A DNA stretch of 64,000 nucleotides from positions 6,605-70,604 of the forward strand of contig JAICUY010000002.1 of NCBI GenBank assembly GCA_025935615.1. The letters are read 5' to 3'. Position numbers and translations under genes: made by a program. The notes under the pieces are model-generated. The model was not told where the DNA came from. It searched no databases and saw nothing but the letters and a program-made list of their open reading frames with translations. Shown in pieces: positions 1 to 10,031 of the stretch (position 1 is its first letter; every line of letters starts with the position of its first letter). The stretch comes from Steroidobacteraceae bacterium (GTDB lineage Bacteria > Chloroflexota > Limnocylindria > QHBO01).

Positions 1-195
1 CTGGCGGGTGATTTCCGCCGTCCAGGTGCGCTCCTCGCCGCCGACTTCGGCGGTCCACACCAGGTGCGTGTCGTCCTGTTGGGTGACCGACTTCACCCCC
101 TCCATGAACTGAGGAAACGACTCGAACTGCGTCCACTGGTTATACGCGACGCTGACAGGAACATTGACTTCGACAGACTGCTCGACGTGCGCCAT
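1..195 (-). CDS. SRPBCC family (polyketide cyclase/dehydrase-like) protein, 3' end outside window
   Basis: Manual translation MAHVEQSVEVNVPVSVAYNQWTQFESFPQFMEGVKSVTQQDDTHLVW is a typical SRPBCC N-terminus; RBS AAAGGAAGGG upstream; not in ORF track. Confidence 0.85.
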   Translation of the reverse strand, partial: MAHVEQSVEVNVPVSVAYNQWTQFESFPQFMEGVKSVTQQDDTHLVWTAEVGGEERTWTAEITRQ

Positions 196-246
196 CGATT
201 CCCTTCCTTTCGTATCTGATCGTCATCTGACGTGCGTTGGATAGGG

Positions 247-262
247 TGCAAGGCATGGGCCA
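247..262 (-). promoter_or_regulatory. sigma54-type -24/-12 promoter for SRPBCC gene
   Basis: TGGCCCATGCCTTGCA on minus strand (GG-N10-GC), about 50 nt upstream of ATG 195. Confidence 0.65.
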
Positions 263-285
263 GCGACTGCATGCCCTTGCTCGCT

Positions 286-301
286 TGGCACGCGCGGTGC
301 T
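286..301 (+). promoter_or_regulatory. sigma54-type -24/-12 promoter for Fet4-like gene
   Basis: TGGCACGCGCGGTGCT; GTG start lies 14 nt after the -12 C. Confidence 0.65.
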
Positions 302-313
302 CAAGCGGCCCTC

Positions 314-784
314 GTGGCAACCCGACAATCGACGACGGAAGCCGTCATCACCAGCGACGAACGAGTCGCGGAGGGGCGGCGCGACGAGCGTTCCGGCGGG
401 ATCGGCGCAAGCTTCGCCCACATCGCATCGCGCATCTCCGAGGTCCTCGGTTCGGCCTGGGCCTTTCTGGTCGCCGCGCTGGTCATCCTGCTGTGGGCCA
501 TCACCGGCCCCGTCTTCGGATTCAGCGACACCTGGCAGCTGGTGATCAACACGGGAACCACCATCGTGACCTTCCTGATGGTGTTCGTCATCCAGAACAC
601 CCAGAACCGCGACTCGAAGGCGACTCAGCTCAAGCTCGACGAGTTGCTCCGCGCAGTCGACGACGCGCGCATGACCTTCATCGGCGCCGAGGATGAGGAC
701 GAGGAGCAGCTGAACGAGCAGAAGGAGGAGTTCGAGGCCGAGAAGGCGGACGACGCGGAGCAGGTCGGCGAGGCGGAGGCATGA
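314..784 (+). CDS. Low-affinity iron permease (Fet4-like) family protein
   Basis: Signature GPVFGFSDTWQLVINTGTTIVTFLMVFVIQNTQNRD..A.QLKLDEL. Confidence 0.9.
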   Translation: MATRQSTTEAVITSDERVAEGRRDERSGGIGASFAHIASRISEVLGSAWAFLVAALVILLWAITGPVFGFSDTWQLVINTGTTIVTFLMVFVIQNTQNRDSKATQLKLDELLRAVDDARMTFIGAEDEDEEQLNEQKEEFEAEKADDAEQVGEAEA

Positions 785-1284
785 CTGACCGCCTGAGCGA
801 CCTGCTCGTCGGTGCCCGCGCCGGCCTGGTGGCGACCGCCGCCATGAGTTTGCTGATGCTCGCGGCGCGTGCCGCGGGTCTCACCGGTCGACTGCCGCCG
901 GCCAGGATCGCCGACGAGGCGACCAAGGAGCTGCCCCCGGCCGGCCGCCCGAGCCGCGGCCAGCGGGACGCGCTGGGGGCCATCCTGCATTTCGGTTTCG
1001 GTGCGGCGCTCGGCGCGCTGTTCGGGCTGACGACCTCCGGGTTGCGCCGGGTCGGCGCTTCGACCGCGCTGGGGATCGGCTTCGGAACCGTGGTGTACGC
1101 GATCAGCTACCTGGGCTGGATCCCGGCGCTCAACATCCTGCCGCCGGCAACCGAGGACCGTCCCGGCCGCTCGATCACCATGCTGCTCGGCCACTGGCTG
1201 TTCGGCGGCGTGCTCGGCGCGCTGGTCGCCCTCGGAGACGAGCGGCGCGAGGTCGCCAGCCGAGCCCGTCACCGCTTCGGCTGA
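781..1284 (+). CDS. Hypothetical integral membrane protein (about 4 TM)
   Basis: ATGA overlap with upstream gene; hydrophobic helices, HFGFG and YLGWIPAL motifs. Confidence 0.7.
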   Translation: MTDRLSDLLVGARAGLVATAAMSLLMLAARAAGLTGRLPPARIADEATKELPPAGRPSRGQRDALGAILHFGFGAALGALFGLTTSGLRRVGASTALGIGFGTVVYAISYLGWIPALNILPPATEDRPGRSITMLLGHWLFGGVLGALVALGDERREVASRARHRFG

Positions 1285-1296
1285 GCGCAACGTCCC

Positions 1297-3501
1297 CTAC
1301 TTGACCGAGACGACCTCGACGGCGCCCCGCTTGTGCAGGACCGAGATCCCGACGTCGTTCGTGCGCCGCTGGAGCGCCAGGTCGATCGAGCCGGCACCGA
1401 CCTTCAGGTCGCTGATCCACAGCTCCTCGATGAAGTCGGGCAGGCGCGAGTGGCTGAAACGGACCTGTCCGCCCAGCCCATCGACCTCCACCCCCAGGCA
1501 CGCCTGCAGCAGCAGGAAGACCGATCCGGCCGCCCAGGCCTGTGGAGAGCAGGCCACCGGATAGGCGGTCGGCCCCTCCCCCGGGCGGCGCGGGAAGCCG
1601 CAGAACAGCTCGGGCAGCCGCCGCAGGTCGATGAACAGGCTGGCGTCGAACATGGCCTCCAGGATCCGAAGCGCCGCATCGGTCAGGCCATAGCGAGCCA
1701 TGCCGGCCGCGATCAGCGCGTTGTCGTGCGGCCAGACCGATCCGTCGTGGTACGACATCGGGTTGTAGCGTGACTCGCCGCGCGCGACGGTGCGGATGCC
1801 CCAGCCGGAGAAGGCGTTCGAGGTGAGCAGGCCCTCGGCGACACGAGCGGCCCGGTCCGGCGATGCGATGGCGGTGAACAGGGCGTGGCCGGCGTTCGAG
1901 GTCCGCACGCGGCACGGCTGCTTGTCGCCGTCGAGCGCTTCGGCGTAGGTGCCCAGCTCCTCCACCCAGAAGGCATCCTCGAACTGCTTGCGCAGCCGTT
2001 CGGCCTGCTGCTGCAGCTCCTCGCCGCGCTGCTCATGGCCGAGCGCCCGCGCCAGCTCGCCCGCGCCGCGGCGTGCGGCATAGCTGTAGCCCTGGATCTC
2101 GCACAGGGCGATCGGACCGTCCGCGAGACGGCCGTCGGCGTGGAAGACCGAATCGAGCGAATCCTTCCAGCCCTGGTTGGCGAGGCCGCGCTGGGTGCGG
2201 CGCTGGTACTCGATGAAGCCGTCGCCGTCCGGATCGCCGTAGCCGTCCATCCAGGCCAGGGCGCGCTCGACGTTCGGCCACAGCTCGCCGACCAGCTCGA
2301 CGTCGCCCGAGCGCCGCCAATACTCGGCGGCCAGCATCACGAACAGGGGCGTCGCGTCGGCGCTGCCGTAATAGCGTCCGAAGGGCACCTCGCCGAGCGC
2401 GGCCATCTCGCCGTGGCGCATCTCGTGCACGATCTTGCCCGGCTCGGCGTCGCGCTCCGGGTCGACCTCATCGGCCTGCGTGGCGGCCAGCACGGTCAGG
2501 ACGCCGCGCGCCATCTCCGGCTCGGCCCACAGGCACTCCATGGCGGTGACCAGCCCATCGCGGCCGAAGACGGTGCTGTACCACGGCACGCCGGCGTACG
2601 GGTAGTCACCGTGCGGAGTGATCGTCGTCATCATCGCCAGGTCCGCGTCGCTGCGGCGGATCCAGTCGTTGAACTGGCCGTTGCTGGTCTGCACGTCGGC
2701 GCCTCGCCGCCGCAGCTGAGCCAGGGACTCGCTGACGGCCTGCGGGGTGGTCGGCGCCGGCACCCGGCGGGGCTCGTCGGACTCTTCGCAGGCAACCACC
2801 ACCTCGACCGCCATCTCCGCCTGCGGCTCGAGCCGGACGTCGTACGCGGCGGTCGTGCGGCTGAGCCGGTCGGGCGGAGGCTCGAACCGCAGCCGAGTGG
2901 AGCGGCTCACGTCATCCAGCCCGTCGTAGCGCAACAGCACGCCGTCGTCGAGGACCTGTGGCTCGCGCTGCGTGCCGCGACGATCGCGCTTCGCACCGCG
3001 GACTTCGAAGATGTCGGCGAAATCGGCATCGAAGCGAAGCTCGATCGGGACGCGCACCGGCGTCAGCCCGTAGTTGCGGAAGACGATCCGGTTGTGGCAC
3101 GCGTCGTCCCATAGGAAGGCCGTGCGGGCGATGTGCACGGTGCCGCGCGCGACGAGAAGCTCGTCGTCCTCCGAGACGTCGGGGTTGGTCAGGTCGACGG
3201 CCAGCAGCGCGTTGTCCTGGCGAATGGTGGAGCTGAGCAGCATCGGCCGCTCGTTGGCCAGGCGCAGCAGCATGCCCGACAGGAAGCGAGTGCCCTGGTG
3301 GTAGAGCCCCTCCTCGCCCAGTCCGACCGGCTTGATGTCGCCGTATCGGTCGAAGACGACGAAGGTCTCGCCCTGCTTGAGAACGCGATCCTCCTCGTCG
3401 GCGAGCGAGGAGGTGGCGAGGATGTAGTAGCGATCCTCGACCTCGAGGATGTCGCTCGGCAGTCCGGTCGAGGGCTCAGGCCGATGCTGTTGAGCGCTCA
3501 C
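1297..3501 (-). CDS. Amylo-alpha-1,6-glucosidase / glycogen debranching enzyme family
   Basis: AGVPWYSTVFGRD, EPGKIVHE, NQGWKDS, YHDGSVWPHDN, RLPELFCG, ACSPQAW motifs. Confidence 0.93.
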   Translation of the reverse strand: MSAQQHRPEPSTGLPSDILEVEDRYYILATSSLADEEDRVLKQGETFVVFDRYGDIKPVGLGEEGLYHQGTRFLSGMLLRLANERPMLLSSTIRQDNALLAVDLTNPDVSEDDELLVARGTVHIARTAFLWDDACHNRIVFRNYGLTPVRVPIELRFDADFADIFEVRGAKRDRRGTQREPQVLDDGVLLRYDGLDDVSRSTRLRFEPPPDRLSRTTAAYDVRLEPQAEMAVEVVVACEESDEPRRVPAPTTPQAVSESLAQLRRRGADVQTSNGQFNDWIRRSDADLAMMTTITPHGDYPYAGVPWYSTVFGRDGLVTAMECLWAEPEMARGVLTVLAATQADEVDPERDAEPGKIVHEMRHGEMAALGEVPFGRYYGSADATPLFVMLAAEYWRRSGDVELVGELWPNVERALAWMDGYGDPDGDGFIEYQRRTQRGLANQGWKDSLDSVFHADGRLADGPIALCEIQGYSYAARRGAGELARALGHEQRGEELQQQAERLRKQFEDAFWVEELGTYAEALDGDKQPCRVRTSNAGHALFTAIASPDRAARVAEGLLTSNAFSGWGIRTVARGESRYNPMSYHDGSVWPHDNALIAAGMARYGLTDAALRILEAMFDASLFIDLRRLPELFCGFPRRPGEGPTAYPVACSPQAWAAGSVFLLLQACLGVEVDGLGGQVRFSHSRLPDFIEELWISDLKVGAGSIDLALQRRTNDVGISVLHKRGAVEVVSVK

Positions 3502-4609
3502 CGGACCGATTGTCGACCATCGGCGCCGGCGGCGCCAGCGCGGCCGGCGTTCTCGAAGCGATTCTGACTCCGATTGGCGTCGCTGCCTCCGCTGCCAGCA
3601 GCTCGCCGTACAGCTCCACGTAGTCGCTCGCCATGCGCCGCGCGGTGAAGCGGCGCTCGAACAGCTGGCGGCAGTCGGCGCGGTCCAGCTCGATGACGCG
3701 CTCTACGGCGGCGACCGCGGCTGCCACGTCGTCCACCACGAAGCCGGTCACGCCATCCTCGACCAGCTCCGGCACCGCGCCGTGGCGGAAGCCGATCACC
3801 GGCGTGCCGCATGCCATCGCCTCGATCAGCACCAGTCCGAACGGCTCCGGCCAGTCGATGGGGAAGAGCAGCGCATAGGCGTTGCCCAGCAGCTCGTCAC
3901 GCTCGACGTCGCCGATCTCGCCCAGGAATTCGACGAGCGGGTCGTCGAGCAACGGCAGCACCTGTTCGGCGTAGGCCCGGTCGGTCGGGCTCACCTTGGC
4001 CGCGACCTTGAGCGGCATCCCCACCCGGCGCGCGATGTCGACGGCGCGGTCGACGCGCTTTTCCGGCGAGATGCGACCGACGAAGGCCAGGTAGTCGCCG
4101 TGTCGTTCGCGGAATCGATGCTGCCTCGCCGGAATGCCGTGGTAGACCATGCCCAGCCAGTTGGCCTCGGCCAGCGGGCGCCGCTGGGCGAAGGAGATCG
4201 AGGACAGCGCCAGTCCCGGATAGCGCTCCAGCATGGCTCGCCAGGGACGGCCGTCCATGCGACCGTGGGGTGTGGTCAGGCTGGCGTTGGCGCAGCTGCG
4301 GAGCACCGGGAAGGCGAGATAGTCGACGTGGTTGTGGACGATGTCGAACTGATCGCCCTCGCGCGCGACCTGCCCCATCAGCCGCAGCTGGGCGTCCAGG
4401 CTCTCGCCCGGCCGATCCGCCAGGCGCAGCGCCTCCGCTCCCCACGAGACGAGGCGCGCAGAGGTCGTGGAATCGCCGCTGGCAAAGAGGGTCACCTCGT
4501 GGCCGAGCGCCACCAGCTCCTCGGTGAGGTAGGAGACGACGCGCTCGGTGCCGCCGTACAGGCGTGGCGGCACGCTCTCATAGATCGGCGCGATCTGCGC
4601 GATTCTCAC
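3476..4609 (-). CDS. Glycosyltransferase family 4
   Basis: PPRLYGGTERVV N-terminus; GRISPEK; EPFGLVLIEAMACGTPV. Confidence 0.93.
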   Translation of the reverse strand: MRIAQIAPIYESVPPRLYGGTERVVSYLTEELVALGHEVTLFASGDSTTSARLVSWGAEALRLADRPGESLDAQLRLMGQVAREGDQFDIVHNHVDYLAFPVLRSCANASLTTPHGRMDGRPWRAMLERYPGLALSSISFAQRRPLAEANWLGMVYHGIPARQHRFRERHGDYLAFVGRISPEKRVDRAVDIARRVGMPLKVAAKVSPTDRAYAEQVLPLLDDPLVEFLGEIGDVERDELLGNAYALLFPIDWPEPFGLVLIEAMACGTPVIGFRHGAVPELVEDGVTGFVVDDVAAAVAAVERVIELDRADCRQLFERRFTARRMASDYVELYGELLAAEAATPIGVRIASRTPAALAPPAPMVDNRSGERSTASA

Positions 4610-4657
4610 GGGACCCCCTTGACGTGCTCGAGACCGAAGCGGTGGCGCACCGTCAAC

Positions 4658-4673
4658 AGCAGTCGGCTTGCCA
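4658..4673 (-). promoter_or_regulatory. sigma54-type -24/-12 promoter for GT4/debranching operon
   Basis: TGGCAAGCCGACTGCT on minus strand, about 50 nt upstream of GTG 4609. Confidence 0.6.
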
Positions 4674-4690
4674 CGCGCGCCGCTGCCGGC

Positions 4691-5155
4691 TCAGCCGGTC
4701 GGCAGGGGGTGGGTGAAGTCGACGATCACGGCGCCAGAGCGGACCTCGGCCGGGAAGCGCTGCAGGCCCGCCTCTGCGTCGATCGGAATACCCTCGTAGG
4801 TCCACGTCGAGCCGTCACAGTCGCGCAGCCGGTCGCCCGCGACCGCCACCTCGCAGCCGGCCACCGGACTCCAGGCGTTGACTGCCGCGACGCCGCCGGC
4901 GACCGTCTGGGAGAGGAGGACGCGCAACGCGACGCGGCGGCCGTTGGGTTGCTCGCCCGGAAGGCCATGCGACTCGTTGAGCAGCAGGCTGCGGGCGAGG
5001 GGCGTGGCCCCGACCTCGGTAGCCGGTGCGACAGCGTAGTTGGCGTCGCCACGCTCCGGCGCGAAGCTGAAGATGAGCGGGCGTACGACGAGCATCAGCG
5101 CGACGAGGACCACCAGGCCCAGCACGGCGGCGACCGCATAGCGGGCGAATGGCAT
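4691..5155 (-). CDS. Membrane-anchored Rieske-fold-like protein lacking Fe-S ligands
   Basis: N-terminal TM; WSPVAGC...LRDCDGSTWTYEG...LQRFPAEVRSGAVIVD resembles Rieske boxes without CxH/CxxH. Confidence 0.6.
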   Translation of the reverse strand: MPFARYAVAAVLGLVVLVALMLVVRPLIFSFAPERGDANYAVAPATEVGATPLARSLLLNESHGLPGEQPNGRRVALRVLLSQTVAGGVAAVNAWSPVAGCEVAVAGDRLRDCDGSTWTYEGIPIDAEAGLQRFPAEVRSGAVIVDFTHPLPTG

Positions 5156-5157
5156 GC

Positions 5158-5850
5158 TCAGCTGCCCGGCGGCACGAGCTCGACCAGGGTGGCGCCCGTG
5201 CAGTTATAGAGCAGCGTCGGGCCGTGGCGCAGGGAGCGATGGTCGAGGCCGCGCCGAACAAGGGCAGTGTGGCCATGGAGCCACAGCGGCGGGCGCAGCC
5301 GATCGATGAGCCAGCGGAACGCGCCGAAGCCTCGATGCGCCAGATCGGCAGCGTCGTTCAGCCCGCGTGGCGGTGCGTGGCTCACGACGAGCATCGGTCC
5401 GCGGCGGCCGACGGAAGCAAGCCAGCCGCGCAGCGACCGCAGCCACATGCCGGCGGCCGATACCTGCACCTTCTCCTTCGGGTCGTTGTACTCGGGCGAG
5501 CCACTGAAACCGAGCAGTGCCAGCCCGTCCTCGACGTGAACTCTTCCGTCGGGCAGCGGCGTTGGCAGGTGCTCGCGCTCGACGACGCGCCACGCCTCCC
5601 CCAGGTCATGGTTGCCGCGCACGTAGACCATCGGCACGCTGGCGAACGCATCGGCCACGAAGGCCAGGTAGTCGGCCCGCAGGTCGCCGCAGCCGATGAT
5701 CAGGTCGATCGGCTCCAGCTCCCGTCTCGTCGCCTCGGACTCGAGCGCCGCGTCCGGTTCATCGGAGATGGCCAGGATCCGCAGCGGCCGACCCTCGCGG
5801 CGAGCGAACAGCTGACGGTCGGGCCACTCCACTCGCAGACGGTCGGTCAC
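5158..5850 (-). CDS. Calcineurin-like metallophosphoesterase
   Basis: ISD, GCGDL, GNHD, SHAPP, HGHTA motifs. Confidence 0.88.
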   Translation of the reverse strand: MTDRLRVEWPDRQLFARREGRPLRILAISDEPDAALESEATRRELEPIDLIIGCGDLRADYLAFVADAFASVPMVYVRGNHDLGEAWRVVEREHLPTPLPDGRVHVEDGLALLGFSGSPEYNDPKEKVQVSAAGMWLRSLRGWLASVGRRGPMLVVSHAPPRGLNDAADLAHRGFGAFRWLIDRLRPPLWLHGHTALVRRGLDHRSLRHGPTLLYNCTGATLVELVPPGS

Positions 5851-6404
5851 CCTCGTTCCTCCCCGTCATCGGCCAGCAGCTCGCTGCGGGCCTCGGGGAC
5901 GAGATGCTGCTCGGCGGTCGGCGACAGCCGCCCCTCGCCCGCGCTGCGCAGCGCCCGCGCCTCGACCAGGGAGGCCGGAGCCGTGGCCGTCGCCGGCGAG
6001 CTGGGCTCGACGCCCGGGACGACCAGCTCGACCACGTCAGCGTCGATGCCCACCATTCCGGCCTGGCGAGCGGCGGCGACCCGGTTGTGGCCGTCGCTGA
6101 CGAAGTACTCATCCCCGACCTGGATCAGGTCGATCGGGGGCAGCACCGCCAGCCGATCGACAGCGCCCCGGATGCGTTGCCAGCGGGCGCGCCAGTTGTG
6201 CCCGCGCAGCTCGGGGAGCGGCAGAAAATCGTCGGTCACCTGGGACGGCTGGCGGGTCGTTCCGACGATGTTGTCGACCGGCACGATCTGGACGCCGCGC
6301 ATCCGTCGCGTGGCCGATGCGGCGTGCGGGTAGCGGTCGTAGAGGGAGGGCAGCGGCTGGGGGTGGCGAAGGCGTTTCAACCGGTTGCGGAGCGGGCGCA
6401 TCAT
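5847..6404 (-). CDS. Stand-alone ParB/Sulfiredoxin N-terminal domain protein
   Basis: LPPIDLIQVGDEYFVSDGHNRVAAAR (DGxxR); no HTH region. Confidence 0.75.
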   Translation of the reverse strand: MMRPLRNRLKRLRHPQPLPSLYDRYPHAASATRRMRGVQIVPVDNIVGTTRQPSQVTDDFLPLPELRGHNWRARWQRIRGAVDRLAVLPPIDLIQVGDEYFVSDGHNRVAAARQAGMVGIDADVVELVVPGVEPSSPATATAPASLVEARALRSAGEGRLSPTAEQHLVPEARSELLADDGEERG

Positions 6405-6512
6405 CCATGTGGTTACGTACCGTTTGTCGAGTACTATGGTGCTTCATTCTCGCGTGGACCGTGCCGAACGCTCCCGCGTTCGGTCCCGACCTGTTTCGGA
6501 GGACCGGCTCTC

Positions 6513-7604
<1,092 letters not shown>

Positions 7605-7657
7605 ACGGCGAGGGCGAGTTCGGGGGTAGTACCACCAACCGCATTGGAGGATCCCGC

Positions 7658-8965
7658 ATGACACGTTGGCAGCGCTTGGCGGCTCCGTCGCTGGCTCTCG
7701 CCCTTCTGCTCGCCGCCTGCAGCTCAGGCGGCAACACGAGCTCGCCCGGAGGCAGCGGAGCGCCCGGCGGCAGCGGCCAGGTCGGCGGCACCGTCTCGGT
7801 GATCGGAACGTGGGGAGGCGATGAGGAGAAGGCCTTCCTCCAGATGGTCAAGCCGTTCGAGGACCAGACGGGCATCGATGTGCAGTACACCGGTACGCGC
7901 GACATCAACACCGTGCTGACCACCGGCGTGGCCTCGGGCGTTCTGCCCGATCTCGCCGGCCTGCCCGGCCCGGGCCAGATGCAGGACTTCGCCAACGCCG
8001 ACGCCCTGAAGCCGCTCGATGACGTGCTTGACGTCCAGAGCTACAAGGATCAGACCGCTCCGGCGCTGGTGCAGCTCGGAACGGTCAACGACAAGATCTA
8101 CGGCATCTTCATCAAGTCCGCGGTCAAGGGCCTGATGTGGTACGACCCCAAGGTCACCAATTTCGGCGACAACCCGCCGAAGACCTGGGACGATCTGCAG
8201 GCGGCGCTCAAGGCAAATGCCTCCAAGGCCGATGCGCAGTGGTGCCTGGGCATCGAGTCCGGCGCCGCCACCGGCTGGCCCGCAACCGACTGGATCGAGG
8301 ATCTCGTCCTGCGCCAGGCCGGGCCGGACGTCTACAACCAGTGGTGGCAGGGCAAGGTCAAGTGGAGCGATCCTGCCATCAAGCAGGCGTTCCAGACCTA
8401 CGGCGAAGTGGTTGCGAACTCGAAGGGCGGTGGCAACACGGTTGTCGCCACGAACTTCGCCAACGCGGGCGACCCGCTGTTCGACGACCCGCCGGGTTGC
8501 CAGCTCCTGCACCAGGCCAGCTTCATCACCGGCCTCGGCGCCTTCCCCAAGCAGAAGGCCGGCGAGGACTACGACTTCTTCCCGTTCCCCGACATCAACC
8601 CCGACTACGCGGGCGCGATCGAGGGGGCAGGCGACCTGTTCGGCATGTTCCATGACACCCCGCAGGCCAAGGCACTGATGAAGTACCTGGTCACGCCTGA
8701 GGCTCAGTCGATCTGGGTCGGCATCGGCGGTGCCCTGTCGGCCAACAAGCAGGTCACCAACTATCCGGACGACGTCGCCAAGCGATCGGCCGAGGCGCTG
8801 GTCAACGCGCAGATCTTCGCGTTCGACGCATCCGACCTCATGCCAACCGCCATGAACGACGCCTTCTGGAAGGGCGTGACGGACTACACGCAGCATCCGG
8901 ACAAGCTGGATTCGATCCTCCAGAGCCTGGATCAGACCCAGGCCGATGCGTACGCAGCGCAGTAG
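7658..8965 (+). CDS. Sugar ABC substrate-binding lipoprotein (alpha-glucoside AglE/GgtB-like)
   Basis: Lipobox LAAC; ESGAATGWPATDWIED, HQASFI, FDASDLMP motifs; RBS GGAGG. Confidence 0.88.
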   Translation: MTRWQRLAAPSLALALLLAACSSGGNTSSPGGSGAPGGSGQVGGTVSVIGTWGGDEEKAFLQMVKPFEDQTGIDVQYTGTRDINTVLTTGVASGVLPDLAGLPGPGQMQDFANADALKPLDDVLDVQSYKDQTAPALVQLGTVNDKIYGIFIKSAVKGLMWYDPKVTNFGDNPPKTWDDLQAALKANASKADAQWCLGIESGAATGWPATDWIEDLVLRQAGPDVYNQWWQGKVKWSDPAIKQAFQTYGEVVANSKGGGNTVVATNFANAGDPLFDDPPGCQLLHQASFITGLGAFPKQKAGEDYDFFPFPDINPDYAGAIEGAGDLFGMFHDTPQAKALMKYLVTPEAQSIWVGIGGALSANKQVTNYPDDVAKRSAEALVNAQIFAFDASDLMPTAMNDAFWKGVTDYTQHPDKLDSILQSLDQTQADAYAAQ

Positions 8966-8991
8966 CGCGGAGGAGCGAGACATCTGACGGC

Positions 8992-9024
8992 GAGGAGGGC
9001 TGCCGCTCGGCGGCGGCCCTCCTC
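8992..9024 (+). other. Intercistronic stem-loop after substrate-binding gene
   Basis: GAGGAGGGCTGCCG...CGGCGGCCCTCCTC inverted repeat, no U-tract. Confidence 0.6.
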
Positions 9025-9050
9025 CGCGCACCCGCAGGACGGAGGCGGAG

Positions 9051-10031
9051 ATGGACCCTCGGCTCGTGACCGCGCTGATCGTGCTCATCGGTGTGCCGGC
9101 CGTGCTGGTCGGCTACATCTGGGGCACCGAGCAGGTGCTCAAGGTGTTCCCTGAACGGGTCAAGCCACGCGTGCGGCCCTGGCTGTGGCTCCTGCCGGCC
9201 ATCGCCTTCCTGTTCATCTTCCTGGTCTATCCGACCATCGGCACCATCGTCCGCAGCTTCGAGAGCAAGGGCAACATCCTCGGCGAGAACACCAAGTTCA
9301 TCGGCCTTGACAATTACGTCTGGTTCTTCACCGACGGCCGCGCGCTGAGCGCTCTGAAGAACAACGTCCTCTGGCTCGTCTTCCTGACCCTGTTCACGGT
9401 CGGTCTGGGACTGATCATCGCGGTGCTGGTCGATCGGGTCCGCTACGAGTCGTTCGCCAAGTCGATCATCTTCCTGCCGCTTGCGATCAGCATGGTCGCC
9501 GCGTCGGTTATCTGGAAGTTCATGTACGACTACGATCCGAACGTCGGCACCCTGAACGCCGTCGCCGGCATCTTCGGAGCAGGGCCGGTCAACTGGGCGC
9601 AGACCTCGGGCTTCAGCCTGACGACGTTCATGCTGATCATCGTCATGACGTGGATGTGGACCGGGTTCGCCATGGTCATCATCTCGGCCGGCCTGAAAGG
9701 CATCAACACCGAGCTGCTCGAGGCTGCCCGCGTCGACGGCGCAAACGAGTGGCAGGTCTTCCGCGGGATCATCTTCCCGCTGCTGCTGCCGACGATTGCG
9801 GTGGTGGCAACCACGATCATCATCACCGCCCTCAAGGCGTTCGACATCGTCTACACCATGACCAACGGCAACTTCGACACTGAGGTGGTCGCCAATCTGA
9901 TGTACAAGGAGATGTTCACCAACCAGAACTTCGGCAGGGCCGGGGCTCTGGCCGTCATCCTTCTGCTGGCGATCATCCCGATCATGGCCTTCAACGTCCG
10001 CCGCTTCCAGGCGCAGGAGGCGATCCGATGA
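9051..10031 (+). CDS. Sugar ABC transporter permease 1
   Basis: EAARVDGA (EAA loop), multiple TMs. Confidence 0.93.
   Translation: MDPRLVTALIVLIGVPAVLVGYIWGTEQVLKVFPERVKPRVRPWLWLLPAIAFLFIFLVYPTIGTIVRSFESKGNILGENTKFIGLDNYVWFFTDGRALSALKNNVLWLVFLTLFTVGLGLIIAVLVDRVRYESFAKSIIFLPLAISMVAASVIWKFMYDYDPNVGTLNAVAGIFGAGPVNWAQTSGFSLTTFMLIIVMTWMWTGFAMVIISAGLKGINTELLEAARVDGANEWQVFRGIIFPLLLPTIAVVATTIIITALKAFDIVYTMTNGNFDTEVVANLMYKEMFTNQNFGRAGALAVILLLAIIPIMAFNVRRFQAQEAIR

Noticed and set aside
5847..6404. Chromosome or plasmid partition locus
   Set aside because: No HTH or dimerisation domain, no parA, and no parS-like palindrome seen.
5904..6512. N-terminal extensions in the ORF track (e.g. 566-aa ABC ATPase, 477-aa NUDIX, 614-aa ADA, 520-aa LCP) suggesting fusions
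   Set aside because: The extensions overlap opposite-strand genes; true starts are marked by an SD or a -10 box further downstream.
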